A DNA stretch of 64,000 nucleotides, from assembly GCA_937625935.1 (NCBI GenBank), contig OW569364.1, forward strand, positions 310,001-374,000, read 5' to 3'. Within the stretch, counting starts at the first letter, position 1. Every line of letters begins with the position of its first letter. The translations under genes were made by a program, and so were the position numbers. A model generated the notes under the pieces. It saw only the letters and a list, made by a program, of their open reading frames with translations, ran no database searches and had not been told where the DNA came from. Shown here piece after piece: positions 30,780 through 42,779 of the stretch. The DNA is from Tetramitus jugosus. Its lineage: Eukaryota > Protista > Heterolobosea.

Positions 30780-32450
30780 ATGAACACTCTCCTTCCCTCC
30801 ACAAACAATGATAACAACAATAACAACAATAACCCTCCAAGGAGATTTTCCTCATTGTTTGTTCTACTCATGCTAGGCCTTCAATTCCTCACTTATACTC
30901 ATTATTTGACACAAAATGATCCTTCATCATCATCAGCGAGCATTGATCATGCAGATCCGGCACAAAATCCCAATCATAACAACTATCACAACAACAACAA
31001 CAACAATAAAAATTTGTTACAGACGTTTGATGATGCTGAATGGTCCATGAACAAGTATGATCAATTGAATCAACAAGTGTTGGGTGTGAGTGGAATGGCC
31101 AAACTCATTCTTTCTTCATCGTCATCATCATCACGAAAAAATAAAAATGATACAACACCAACAACAACAAGTAATAGGAATAGTAATAGTAGTATCAATG
31201 ATTTGTTAGAAGTCATTTATTATGATTTATATGTGTCACATAAGCCAATGGATATGAAACAGTTGATGCGTGATGAGCAATCAGAGGAACAAACACTGCG
31301 GAGTGCTCAATTGAATCATTTGCTCCATCCTCAAAAATTTTCGTTTGATGATGATGAAACGATGGCAATGTTGTTGTTGTTGGGTGATTCGAATCGAAGA
31401 GCTAATCAACAACAACAACAACAGCAGCAGCATAATGGTGGCGGTGATAATGATGATGAAGGTGAGAATGTTGTTGCTGCTGCTGGTGGAGGTAACAAAG
31501 ATGGCACTCAAAGTTTAAAAAGTGGAGGTGGTAGTAGTCATCAGGATAATAGTGAAAATTTAGTGTTGAATGTGGGAGATGAGAATGTTGTAGTGGGGGA
31601 TGAACCACCTGCAGGTGATATTCAATCCTTGAGAGATCGTTATTTGAATCAGTTGATTGATGGAGAAGATGTGAATCGTTGGCAATTTTTGAAGCGTTTC
31701 AAGAGACCATTCAGAGAAGATGAACAGGGGCAAAAGAGACAGCAAGAATTGACAGAGTTCCATATTGGAGATTTATTGAATTTGAATCATTTGAAATCAG
31801 GCCGTTTGATTGATTTGTTGGACAAGACGCGATTTCAACGATTGACATTATCAATGAACGATCGAAGAGTGGAGGCAATGAAGCGAGTTACTGTTTTCTT
31901 GTATGATCCAGTGACAAAAATTCCATATACGTTGTCTGATCGTGGTCATTTAGTGGCTGGAGAGCAATGCACCTTCTTTTATGTTTATTTGTTGGCTGCT
32001 TATCCAGAGTATAGACAATTGTATGACAGTAGTGACTGCAAGAATGAGAAATGTGTGTTTGTCAATAAGCGCATGTCATTCTTCTATGAGAAATTGTCAG
32101 AATTGCTAGGATCGAATCTCACGTTGAAGAACAATCATTCCTACAATATTACAATTATGTTTACGACTGAGCATGAACGAATCATGTATCATGTAGTGAC
32201 GTTTACCAAGTTGTGGAACTTGATCATGAGCAAAACAAATCAAGTCAAGGTAAATTGGTTGAATATATGCTTCCAGGCCTTGCCAGTCGAAAAGTTTAGT
32301 AGCTCCGAGTTGCCTATGATTACTGCGTCAAAGATTGATGGAGCATCGAATAGTGTGACGCAAAGGTGGGAATTGGACATTGTGGATGTGAATGCTGCCA
32401 TCTCTCAGTCCATTTATCATTGGATCCGAGAAAATGTCATTGTAGAGTAG
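30780..32450 (+). CDS. Hypothetical protein with N-terminal TM anchor and N/S/Q low-complexity tracts
   Basis: Long ORF with TM FSSLFVLLMLGLQFLTY and a globular C-terminal half of unknown family. Confidence 0.6.
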   Translation: MNTLLPSTNNDNNNNNNNPPRRFSSLFVLLMLGLQFLTYTHYLTQNDPSSSSASIDHADPAQNPNHNNYHNNNNNNKNLLQTFDDAEWSMNKYDQLNQQVLGVSGMAKLILSSSSSSSRKNKNDTTPTTTSNRNSNSSINDLLEVIYYDLYVSHKPMDMKQLMRDEQSEEQTLRSAQLNHLLHPQKFSFDDDETMAMLLLLGDSNRRANQQQQQQQQHNGGGDNDDEGENVVAAAGGGNKDGTQSLKSGGGSSHQDNSENLVLNVGDENVVVGDEPPAGDIQSLRDRYLNQLIDGEDVNRWQFLKRFKRPFREDEQGQKRQQELTEFHIGDLLNLNHLKSGRLIDLLDKTRFQRLTLSMNDRRVEAMKRVTVFLYDPVTKIPYTLSDRGHLVAGEQCTFFYVYLLAAYPEYRQLYDSSDCKNEKCVFVNKRMSFFYEKLSELLGSNLTLKNNHSYNITIMFTTEHERIMYHVVTFTKLWNLIMSKTNQVKVNWLNICFQALPVEKFSSSELPMITASKIDGASNSVTQRWELDIVDVNAAISQSIYHWIRENVIVE

Positions 32451-32510
32451 TGAGTGACTCCTGGTTGCAATTCAATGGATTGGATAAGAAATTGAGTTTA
32501 TGCGCAAAAA

Positions 32511-33779
32511 TTAGGGATTTGTATTTTGATATGTGGAGCGACTCGTTGGCTGTATCCCTGTTTGATCATTGTCAACTGTTTCATTGTTTTCAGATACCTT
32601 GGGGAGCTTTTCTGATGACAATGACGATTGAGTCTCTCTCCATGGCTTCTCTTCCTCCAATTGTGAACTCCTGGCTTCAAACTCACTCTTGGACACCCAA
32701 GTGAAACATGTGGCCAAATGGTTCGTGTGATTGTCGAACCAAGAGCAATAGTAGAGACGATAACCAATGAATCCACTCACAATTCCCAGAATACTTCCAA
32801 AGAGAACCTGTGAGCCGTTGTGATGATAGTCGAGATACCTACTGGAGGCAATCCCGATTGGCATCAATATGGGCAACACAAAGAAGAGAAATACTTTCCA
32901 TTGATGACTGTGATCGTCCCATATTTTGAATTTGCCATTTAAGTACAGGAACGTGAATATCCAACAAGCAAACGCATTGGCTGCGTGACCACTAGGAAAT
33001 GCAGGTGTCTGGATAAAGTGATTAAATGAGTCAGAGGCACAAATCTCTCTCACGTTGTACAACATTTTTCCAGGAATGATCTTGTCTGTTTGAATGTTGC
33101 ACTCTGCGTAGTGATTAGGCCGTAATCCACCCACAACAACCCACATGAAACTGCTAAACAGTAGACTGATCATAACAGAGGTGAGTAATCCGAGTGTTGC
33201 ATGATGCAAGTCATGAAATCCAATGTAATTCAAATTATGTGGGTCGAACATGTCACTGCGCTTTCGATGACTCGCCTTGGTTTCAGAATCACCCTCTTCC
33301 ATATCAGTTCGTCTCTTCCTCTGACCCAAGCAATACTTTATCAACAAGAGGAAATAGATGACCACGAATAGGATCAGTGGAACACCGACACATAGTAGAA
33401 AGAATAACCATGGAGGAATAATCTCCTTGATCATGGGGTAACTCAACGAAGGATCGTTCAACGGAAACAATGGATCTGGTTTTGGTGATAAACTGAATGC
33501 TCCCACCAACAGAAACTGCAGTATGATCACAATCCAATCGAGCAAGTAACTCACAGCTAATGATCTCTTTGTGTACCGAGTACGCAGTGGAGGCAGATCG
33601 ACTGCATAATTTAACTTCTCATAAAAATTGAGATAGGCACTCGTTTGACTAAAGTTTGTTCGATAGGAGATGAGTTCGTTTCGTTTCGTTCGACTCATGT
33701 TGTAGTCATGACGTTGTACAGAGGCGGCGATGATTGAAGTGTTCTCATTTGGTTCCTCTCCCCTTTGGTTGCCCAACAT
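32511..33779 (-). CDS. PAP2 lipid phosphate phosphatase-like protein
   Basis: Six TM segments, GGLRPNH, FPSGH, SRYLDYHH. Confidence 0.9.
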   Translation of the reverse strand: MLGNQRGEEPNENTSIIAASVQRHDYNMSRTKRNELISYRTNFSQTSAYLNFYEKLNYAVDLPPLRTRYTKRSLAVSYLLDWIVIILQFLLVGAFSLSPKPDPLFPLNDPSLSYPMIKEIIPPWLFFLLCVGVPLILFVVIYFLLLIKYCLGQRKRRTDMEEGDSETKASHRKRSDMFDPHNLNYIGFHDLHHATLGLLTSVMISLLFSSFMWVVVGGLRPNHYAECNIQTDKIIPGKMLYNVREICASDSFNHFIQTPAFPSGHAANAFACWIFTFLYLNGKFKIWDDHSHQWKVFLFFVLPILMPIGIASSRYLDYHHNGSQVLFGSILGIVSGFIGYRLYYCSWFDNHTNHLATCFTWVSKSEFEARSSQLEEEKPWRETQSSLSSEKLPKVSENNETVDNDQTGIQPTSRSTYQNTNP

Positions 33780-34349
33780 TTCTTTTGTTCTTTGGTTGTC
33801 GTGCTTCTCAAACAATGGACACCACAATTTTCTCTTTCTATGTATTTATACAATCAAAGTTTTGGTTGGCCGAGCTCCATATTTGGACCATGAACATGAC
33901 ATTCTGATTGGGATAAGGCAAACAAACCAACACAAACAACTCTTAGCGTTCTTGCATCTTCTCCGGAATTACATCCATTCTCTTCCTCACAAACGAACCA
34001 ACAACAACGCCCGATGTATGCAAAATCAAATCACTACTCGCCTCTCATAGGAGGTTTGCATTTCCCGTAAAGTGCGGCCTTTCCTCTATCGGCAATCCCT
34101 GGGACGGCAGCTAACATCCAAGAGTCCAAAAAAAATTTGCTAGGCAACACCCACTCACAACGCAAAACCACCAAAAACATCCAAAACTCAAAGAGCGACG
34201 GTCGCACCAACAACAATAGCAACAACAACAGTAACAAACAACAACAACTTCAAAAGCTAACACCACTCTATCCTTCACCAACCTCACAACAAGTAGTGAC
34301 TACCACAACAAACATCAACATTTTTATATATCAAATTTACTAAATAGAC

Positions 34350-35819
34350 ATGTCTGGTGTAACCTACAACAACAACAACAGCAATTCTCCTCACCAACAC
34401 CATCAACACAACAATAACAGTCACAACAACGACAATAGTGATGGTTCATCATCACTTCAAACCAACCTTAGAATATGGAAGATCAATGACAATCTCACAT
34501 TTACACTTCCCATTACGTATGGTCCCATGTTTTTTCCAGAGCCCTATCAAAATCAAGTACGGTTAATTGGACAAGGAGCTTATGGTTGTGTCGTTGCTGC
34601 TCATGACTACTCTAATGGTGTCGATGCGTCGGGGAAACCAATTCGGCCGCCTGTCGCCATTAAAAAAGTTCCGGATTTTGCGAGTAGAGAGTTGGCTTTT
34701 TTGAAGCGGACCATGAGAGAGATTATTATTTTGAATATTTTTAGAGGTCATCCACATGTATGTGTTGTCATTTTTTTTTTAAAGCTTTCGAGTCGTTTTG
34801 TGGATGTATTTATTTGTTTGTTTGTTGTAATGATTGTAATTGTTGTTTTTGTTCACACACTTTTTTTTCATTTGTTGTTATTGTTGTTATTGCTTGTTTG
34901 TAACAAAAATCAACAATAGATTGTCGAGTTGATGGACATGTTCATCATTGGCAACGATTTGTACATTGTAATGAATATGCTCAACTCGGATTTGATGCTC
35001 GATATTGCTCATGGTTGCAAAAAGGGACTGCGGTATCATCCGGACAAGACTCGACAAATCCTGTACGGTGTTCTCAAGGGCGTAGACTTTCTCAGCAAGA
35101 GCAACATTGTTCACAGGGACTTGAAACCAGGCAATATTCTACTGGGAAAAGACAAGGTTCAATTGTGTGATTTTGGCATGTCGAATGCGCAGCATTTGGG
35201 CAAAAAAGACATTCCCATGGACTCGACCTATGTCGTCACGAGAATGTATAGACCGCCAGAGGTGATTCTCGAATCTGCGAGACAAACCTGTGCCATTGAC
35301 ATGTTCTCCATTGGATGTATATTTGCGGAAATGTTGTTTGCGGAGCAGAATCCCTCACAGGACAGGCGACTGTTCAATGCGAGCAGTGATTGTTCGAGAA
35401 GAGTGGGTGGTCAACTGTTGCACTTGAAACTCATGTTTGATGTGTGTGGAACACCTGATGTCGATGATTTGGACTGCTCAGAGAACGCAAAGCTCATTTT
35501 GGTCAACACGGATTGGTTCAAGCATAAAAAGGAACCAACTGATTGGTCAAAATTGTTTCCTAGTTCGAAACCAGAGGCAATTGATTTGCTAAAGAGAATG
35601 TTGCATTTCAATCCAGATAAGCGGTGCACGGCACTAGAAGCACTCTCCTCCTCGTACTTCAACGGTTTTCGATCTCCGTTCCCTGTTGATTCGAGGGAGT
35701 GTGTGGACACGACGAAATTTATGGAGTTTGCCAATTCAATTGACAATTATTCGCTGCAACAGATTGTCGGTTGGTTTAAACAGCAAGTCAACCCATTCCA
35801 TTCTCATTATCAGCAGTAG
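34350..35819 (+). CDS. MAPK-like (CMGC) kinase with atypical activation loop (intron 34758-34919)
   Basis: GQGAYG, VAIKK, HRDLKPGN, DFG, STYVVTRMYRPPE, AIDLLKRMLHFNPDKR. Confidence 0.9.
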
Positions 35820-36532
35820 TTTGGTCTATTGCTGTCAATGTTAGCCAACTATTACTACTCATATAACTTATTCTATTTTCTACTCTCAGAACATTGGGAT
35901 ATGTGTGCGTTGGTCAACGCACACGGGCATCCACAATGGAATCGAGAGCACACACTACTATGACTTTTTTCTTCTGTTCTATCGAAACTGAAACCTGGCC
36001 TGCTGCTCGACAAACTGTCCTAGTCAGACGATACATCTCTATTAATTGGTGGAATAATAACGATGATAATGCTGCTGCTACTGATCAATTTCTTCTAACG
36101 AGTCTTTCTTGATCACGTGCATTCATTTGTAAAAAGCGAATGAGCAAGCAAATAAAAATTGATGACAATGGAGCCTGGCAACTTTTTGTGTGAATGAAAA
36201 CTTTAAGAGATTTGACAGTAGTGTCCTGGATCGGGTCAAGGAGCCAAGTTATTTTCGTGTTGTCCGTCCAGTTATTAATAATTCGATTAGATTTGCGTCG
36301 CTCGACGACCGTTCACACCATACAACAACACCAAGGACCAGATTTATTTGATGTTGGAGACTGTACGTGCTTTATATTTATAATACTTTATCCTCTCCAG
36401 GATCAAAAAGAAAGACCTGGAAACAACGATTAGTGCTAAGAAACTCTCAAAAACCACACAACAAGACTACATACCCATTTGTGAGGGTCTTTTATGTACA
36501 TACTTTACAAATAATTCAAGATTACAATAAGA

Positions 36533-38392
36533 ATGGTGATTTCAACTTCAACCTCATTGGAAGACAACAACCCCAACTATTACGGCAGTAGTAGTGAATT
36601 ACCCACGAATCAATTGACATGCATCGAAGAGGACAAGTTGAGAGAAGAACCAAGTACTTCTTCCGATACAAAGTCACTCATGACTGTACATAATGAACCA
36701 GAGAAAATGCTCACCAACGTTGCTATGAAGGGATGCACTGTCTCACCTGATTGTTCAGTTTCATCATCTGATATATGTGGTGAGGAGTCGTTGAATTCGA
36801 CCTTGTCTTCTCGTCACAGTCAGTCAACTCCTTCACTATCATCTGAGAAGGGAACTCTACCAAACAACAAGCCAAAAAAGGAAAAATTGACAAGAATTCA
36901 ACTCTCCTTCTTTGTGTTCTTTGAGTTCTGTGTCATGCTATACATGGGTTACAATTTTGGTTTGATTGTGCCACTTCACGTCCGTCAGTTTGTAACGGGC
37001 AACAGCGAACGGACGTTTTTAATGGCCTTCATATCAACAACTTCATCTGCATCGTCCATCATCTTTGGTATTGTAACAGGGTTGATAAGTGACAGAATTT
37101 TGACGAGGTTCGGTCGAAGGAAACCTTTCATACTTGTCTGTTCTATTTTGATGGCCGTTACTCTACTGTTGCGAAGCGCTATGATGAGTGATGCTGTATT
37201 GCAAAAACAGAAATGGATAGACAGTCGAACGACACTCATTGTAATGTATGTGGCCTTGTATTGGATTGGAAATGGTGCTGTAGGTAGTGTAATGAGTGCA
37301 TTTCGTTCCTTGATTCCAGACATTGTTCACGACAGTCAGATGGGAGTTGTATCTGGCCTCTTTGGTTTCACTGCGATGCTTGGTATGATATTTGGACTCG
37401 GTATATTTGGAATACTCAAGTCGCATATACCAGTGTGGTCCTGTTCTTGTATAGTGGCAGGGTTGCTCATTCCCTCTTGCTTTGCTATACTGTTCATGTT
37501 CAAGGAACCTGTTTCTCACTTCAGTTCATCAGAGAGATGGATTGAAATGGCCTCAAAGAAACAAAAACTAGATATTGGTGAAGAAATTGTGAACAATGTG
37601 TCTGTGCAAGATTACGATGAAGGACCATTGTTAGAAGGAGAACCACTGTTACAAGAAAATGCGTTGTTTTATCGATCGGAGGAGAAGAGTTCGATTAGAA
37701 AGGTGCTATCGAGTACGAAGAGCAACCCATTTGCTAGTTGGAATTTTTCGTTTGTATTCCTGTCTCGGGCATTCTTTAACTTTGGTACTGCTTTGCTGTT
37801 CACCTATACTCTCTTTTTCTTCTCGGATACCTTCCAGAACAACTTCTCAATCTTGTTTTGGTCGAACATTGTCAAGGATGCTGTTCAGGCCAACAGTGCC
37901 TATCTGGTCAGTGTGTTGGGAATGAGTTTGGTTAGTAGTGTACTGTGTGGATTGATGAGTGACGCACTGGGAAAGAGATTCTTTATCTTTGTGGGAACGA
38001 CACTTGTTACGATTGGCTTGCTCGGGACAATGATCGTCAGATCATATTCTTTGGTGCTAGTCTTGGGTATTGCAATTGGTTTGGGAGTGGGTTGTTATCA
38101 TGCTGTAGATACAGCTCTAGTGACTTCAGTTCTGGACAAGGAGAATGCTGCACGAGATCTAGCCATTTGGAATCTCTCACTCGCCCTTCCTCACTTAATA
38201 GCAACGCCTATCGCCGGAGTGATTATTGGATTCTGTGACTTGCTGTTTAAGAATGGCAAGATACCTCTACCACACGTGGGATACACGATCATTTTCTTGA
38301 TTGGTGCATGTTGTCAGATCGTGTCACTCCTTCTCATGTTACTTGTGGGAATTCCAAAGAAAGGAAAAGTAAAGGCTTCTCAAAAGAAGTAA
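36533..38392 (+). CDS. MFS transporter (SLC45/sucrose-carrier-like)
   Basis: 12 TM segments; GLISDRILTRFGRRKPF, SLIPDIV, GLMSDALGKR. Confidence 0.88.
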   Translation: MVISTSTSLEDNNPNYYGSSSELPTNQLTCIEEDKLREEPSTSSDTKSLMTVHNEPEKMLTNVAMKGCTVSPDCSVSSSDICGEESLNSTLSSRHSQSTPSLSSEKGTLPNNKPKKEKLTRIQLSFFVFFEFCVMLYMGYNFGLIVPLHVRQFVTGNSERTFLMAFISTTSSASSIIFGIVTGLISDRILTRFGRRKPFILVCSILMAVTLLLRSAMMSDAVLQKQKWIDSRTTLIVMYVALYWIGNGAVGSVMSAFRSLIPDIVHDSQMGVVSGLFGFTAMLGMIFGLGIFGILKSHIPVWSCSCIVAGLLIPSCFAILFMFKEPVSHFSSSERWIEMASKKQKLDIGEEIVNNVSVQDYDEGPLLEGEPLLQENALFYRSEEKSSIRKVLSSTKSNPFASWNFSFVFLSRAFFNFGTALLFTYTLFFFSDTFQNNFSILFWSNIVKDAVQANSAYLVSVLGMSLVSSVLCGLMSDALGKRFFIFVGTTLVTIGLLGTMIVRSYSLVLVLGIAIGLGVGCYHAVDTALVTSVLDKENAARDLAIWNLSLALPHLIATPIAGVIIGFCDLLFKNGKIPLPHVGYTIIFLIGACCQIVSLLLMLLVGIPKKGKVKASQKK

Positions 38393-38424
38393 AATTCAAT
38401 GAAGTGCTATTGTTTATTGATTTA

Positions 38425-40805
38425 TCACACCTGATCATCATCTTCATCATCGTCCTCTTCGCTGTCGTCGTCCAATCCTCTATAGGTGTTACCCTTCTTC
38501 TTTCTCTTCTTCTTATTTAATTGAGGAAGGAGTGCTCCTTTGGCAGATACTTCCACTTCAGTTGTTTCAGTTTGAGTCAACACAACCGAAGGGTTCACAG
38601 GAGTTGCAACATCGGACATTCCTCTGTGACGATGACTGGCTTCAACAACAGATGACATTGTAATTTGCTCTGACGTTGGTGATTCATCCGTTGGTCGTTG
38701 TCTGCGTGGAAGACTCTCCTCCTTCTCAGCGATCCACTGAATCTCTCTCGGCAGGTAGTTGTGAACATCATTTCTGTAAGCTTTTGTCACCATATCAATA
38801 AAGTCATTTCTGGCAATCTTGAGGAATACGGTTGGCTTCAACACTCTAGCAGAGAAATCAGGAGTAAAGCTTGGTTCGCTCAAAGCACGAATACCAAGGT
38901 AACTCCACATTCCTAACTCACTAGAGAAGCTGTCCTTGCCTGACAATACTTCAACTCTACCACTCAATATCAGAGCAAAGAAATCAGTGGGTTTGGAGCT
39001 CTCATAGATGAAAATATCCTCAACACAATTCGTGTTATCAATCTCAAAGAGAGGCGACATTCCAATCAACTTTTGGAGGTAATCCTCGGGGAAACATCGG
39101 AAGAGGTCAATCGTCTTCTCGAGATAGGAAGCAATTGCAACCACTTGTTTTGGAGTAGCTCTATGTTTTTGTCCCCTACCCGCAAACAGAGTAATCTCGA
39201 TTCTTTCATTGTCTCTCTCCACCTTGTTCTTTGAGGTATTGTCCATGTAAACATCAGTTTCATCCACAATCTCATCCTTGATCATTTCTTCAATCAAATC
39301 CTCCAATGAAACCAAACCAACTGTCTGATACACTGGATCACCAAACTTTGGAGTGTGAACATCATGAACAATAGCCAAATGACTTCTGCCCGATTTGAAC
39401 ACCTTCAACATCTCATCTAGCTTTGTATCAGGGAACACCTTGATTACCTCTCTGCCATAGAAGGTTAGCACTGTGGATAGAGGAACTCCCTCTTCAGGAT
39501 TAATCAACACGAGATCCTTTGTGAACAGAACACCGACAATGTTGTCTCTGTTATTCTTGTATATTGGCACACGAGAGTGACCAGTTTGCCAAATCTTTGT
39601 CATGATATCAACATCCAACTTTTCGGATACATCGAGCATAAATGTGGACTCCACATGTGTCATAATATCTTCCACCTTCTTCTTTGAGAAGTCCAAGACA
39701 CCACCCAAGATTCTTGCTTCATCCTCCAAGAGATCACTCTCCTGCTTGAGTGTTGTCACATGAATCTCCACCAATCTCTTCAATTCTTCCTTTGTGTAAA
39801 CAGTACCAATCTCCTTTCCGAGAACCTTGTCCAAGAAGAAGGACAATGGGAACGTCAAAGGGAATAGAAGAGCCATGAAAATGTACACCAACCAAAATGT
39901 GTGTGCACCAATAGCCAACGCATATCTTGAGCAAGTGGCCTGTGGAATAATTTCACCAAACAGTGTAATGACTGCAGATGAAATAAGGAAACCAGCGATA
40001 CCAGATGTCATATCAGTGGTCAACACGGAGATACCTGTATTCACCATGACGTTACCCAACAACAGAGTACACAGCAACAAGTTACCTCTTTTTCTGATCG
40101 GAATAATACGAGCAGCCCACTTTCTGTGGTTTTCCTTGCCGGAATTCTTGATAATCTACACACAGTGTGAATACAAAACAATTATTGTTATTATCTTCAT
40201 TAGCTCTCTTCCACCATAACGATCATCATCATTAACAAACAACAAATACAATCAAAAAAAATACATACATCGAGAGTCGTCTTATCCAAGCCCAACAAAC
40301 CCAGTGTCAGACCAGAAAACAGACCAGAGAGACACACGAGAATCACTGCGCTACCAAGCTTCAAAAATTGAATGTAGTCCCAAACAACCACTTTTTCCTC
40401 TTCGACGCACTTGGTTACATTGGTAGAGGATTCACTCAATTGGAAAATGGCATCATTACCATTTGTTGTTGTCAACGAACCAGTAGGAACAACAGTGCTC
40501 TTCTTGGAGGAGGAAGAAGAAGCAAAAGAACCAAACAATTTTCTTCTCTTTGAAATAAACTTTTGTAAGCTATTCATCCAAAATGATGAATCAGTAGTCG
40601 TCAGAGGGGATGCCACCACAGAAGCTTCAGCTGTGTGGACTTGGTTTGATTTCACTTGAGAGACGTTGACGGCATTTCGTTTTGCAAACAATGACTCAGC
40701 ACCATATTGAGACAGTAATAGAATGACACCACACAGGAAGAGCAGAACAAAGAGTTGAGATACTTGATATCTTCTACGAATGCTCAGATGTGCAGATTGT
40801 ATCAT
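38425..40805 (-). CDS. CNNM/DUF21-CBS metal transporter (intron 40156-40268)
   Basis: LSGLFSGLTLGLLGLD, LLCTLLLGNV, FGEIIPQA, CBS pair (GHSRVP, GRSHLAIV), C-terminal cNMP-like domain. Confidence 0.93.
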
Positions 40806-41158
40806 AAATGTATGTATTGGACGCGTAAGACTACGAATGAGACTTGGGACCAGAGGACTATGAGGTATTGCACAAAACGCAAGATGACTTTTTTTGCTTG
40901 TTCGTGACCTCACAAAGCCAAATCCCCAAATCCAAAATTTGAATCCAGGGTTCTTCGGAATCAGGCGGATTGTGTGCGATCGGGTAGTCGGAAAAAGTCG
41001 AAAAAGCGAAAGGAAACTCCGCTCTACAGTCAACTTGTTTTCTCCGAAACAGAAATTGGCTGTTACCGAATTTACAGATGGTTGGGTGCTTTGAAAATCT
41101 CGGTTAAATCCAAAGAAACAAAAAGAAACCAAACCTCAATAAACTATCAATAAATAAT

Positions 41159-41814
41159 ATGTCTCAATTCAAGTTAGCTATCGTCGGTGGTGGAGGTGTT
41201 GGCAAGTCGGCTTTGACTGTAAGATATGTGAACGATAAATTCAATGATGTAGGTGCAGAAACAAGATAGTTTTGTGTTGAAAATTGATTATACTGACCAA
41301 CGAAAATTTGTTCCCATAGGAGTATGATCCAACTATTGAAGATTCTTACAGAAAACAAGACAAGATTAATTTCAATGGGAAGGAGGAAACATGTTTCTTG
41401 GAGATTATTGATACAGCAGGACAAGAAGAGTACTCTGCCTTGAGAGATCAATATATGAGAACTGGTCAAGGTTTCATTCTTGTGTATTCTATTACTGACA
41501 GAAAATCTCTAGATGAATTGGATGACTTTAAAGACCAAATTCTGAGAGTGAAAGACGCTGAATATGTCCCTATGGTCTATGTCGGCAACAAATGCGACAT
41601 GGAAGATCAAAGAAAAGTCTCTCTATCCGAGGGAAAGAACAAGGCCAAGCACCAAAATGGCGATGAAATTAAGTTATTTGAAACATCTGCAAAGGAGAAT
41701 ATAAATGTGAAGGAACTGTTCCATGAACTTGCAAGAGAGGTAAAGAAGGAATTGGACTCCAATGGAAAGAAGGACGTGGAACCAAAGAAGAAGAAGAAGT
41801 GCAGCATCTTGTAA
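41159..41814 (+). CDS. Ras-family GTPase (intron 41249-41319)
   Basis: [36 protein letters not shown] CaaX. Confidence 0.95.
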
Positions 41815-42061
41815 TTTGAAACCTCAAAATCTTTGGAAGTTAGCTTCAACGTGTATTCATAATTATAATGCTTGTACAATGGCATAAACAATCTTTATCA
41901 ATTTATCGGTTTCCCTTCTTCTTTCACTCGTTTGGAACAATTGGAGAACATTTATGTACGACTTTCACTACAGTAAAATTTTTCGTTTGTCAAACAGCCG
42001 CTTGATCTTGAAATATTAAAACCGAATCAACATCACCGAGGAACAAAAACTAACTTCAAGT

Positions 42062-42779
42062 ATGGCAGACCAGTACAAGATTGCAGTTGTTGGAACAGGG
42101 GGCGTTGGTAAGGTATGTTTACCACGTTGGTTTTTTAGTGGTCTCCTTTGACCGAGTGCACTGAACTAACATATCTTTCTTCCCTTAGAGCGCATTCATT
42201 ATCCAATATCTCCAGGGTACTTTTATGGAGGTATGTCGTAAACTATTCCTTCCCACTCATTCACGAATTGTTACTTACTCATTCTCATAGGACTATGATC
42301 CCACCATTGAAGACTCCTATAGAAAACAAGACACTATCACATTCAAGGATGGAACGACGGACACTGTCTACCTCGAAATTGTGGATACAGCCGGACAAGA
42401 GGAGTACTCTGCATTGAGAGATGACTACATGAGAACGTGCAGTGGATTTTTGCTGTTGTTCTCCTTGACAGAAAGAAACTCATTTGTAAGTATAGACGAA
42501 TTCAGAGATCACATTTTAAGAGTCAAGGATAGAGAAGACATTCCGCTCGTGTTGGTTGCAAACAAGTGCGATTTGGTTGAAGAGAGAGATGTATCTATTG
42601 AAGAAGCCGAAAAGAAGGCAGAACTATGGAGTGCTCCTTTGTTTGTGGCTAGTGCCAAGACTGCCAAGAATGTATCGCAAGCTTTCCACGAACTTGCAGC
42701 ATTGCAAAAGATAGACTTTGACAAGAAAAGAAAGTTCAATCCTCAGAAGAAGAAGAAGGGCGTGTGCAATCTGTTGTAA
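42062..42779 (+). CDS. Ras-family GTPase, tandem paralogue (introns 42113-42188 and 42231-42290)
   Basis: [35 protein letters not shown] CaaX. Confidence 0.95.
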
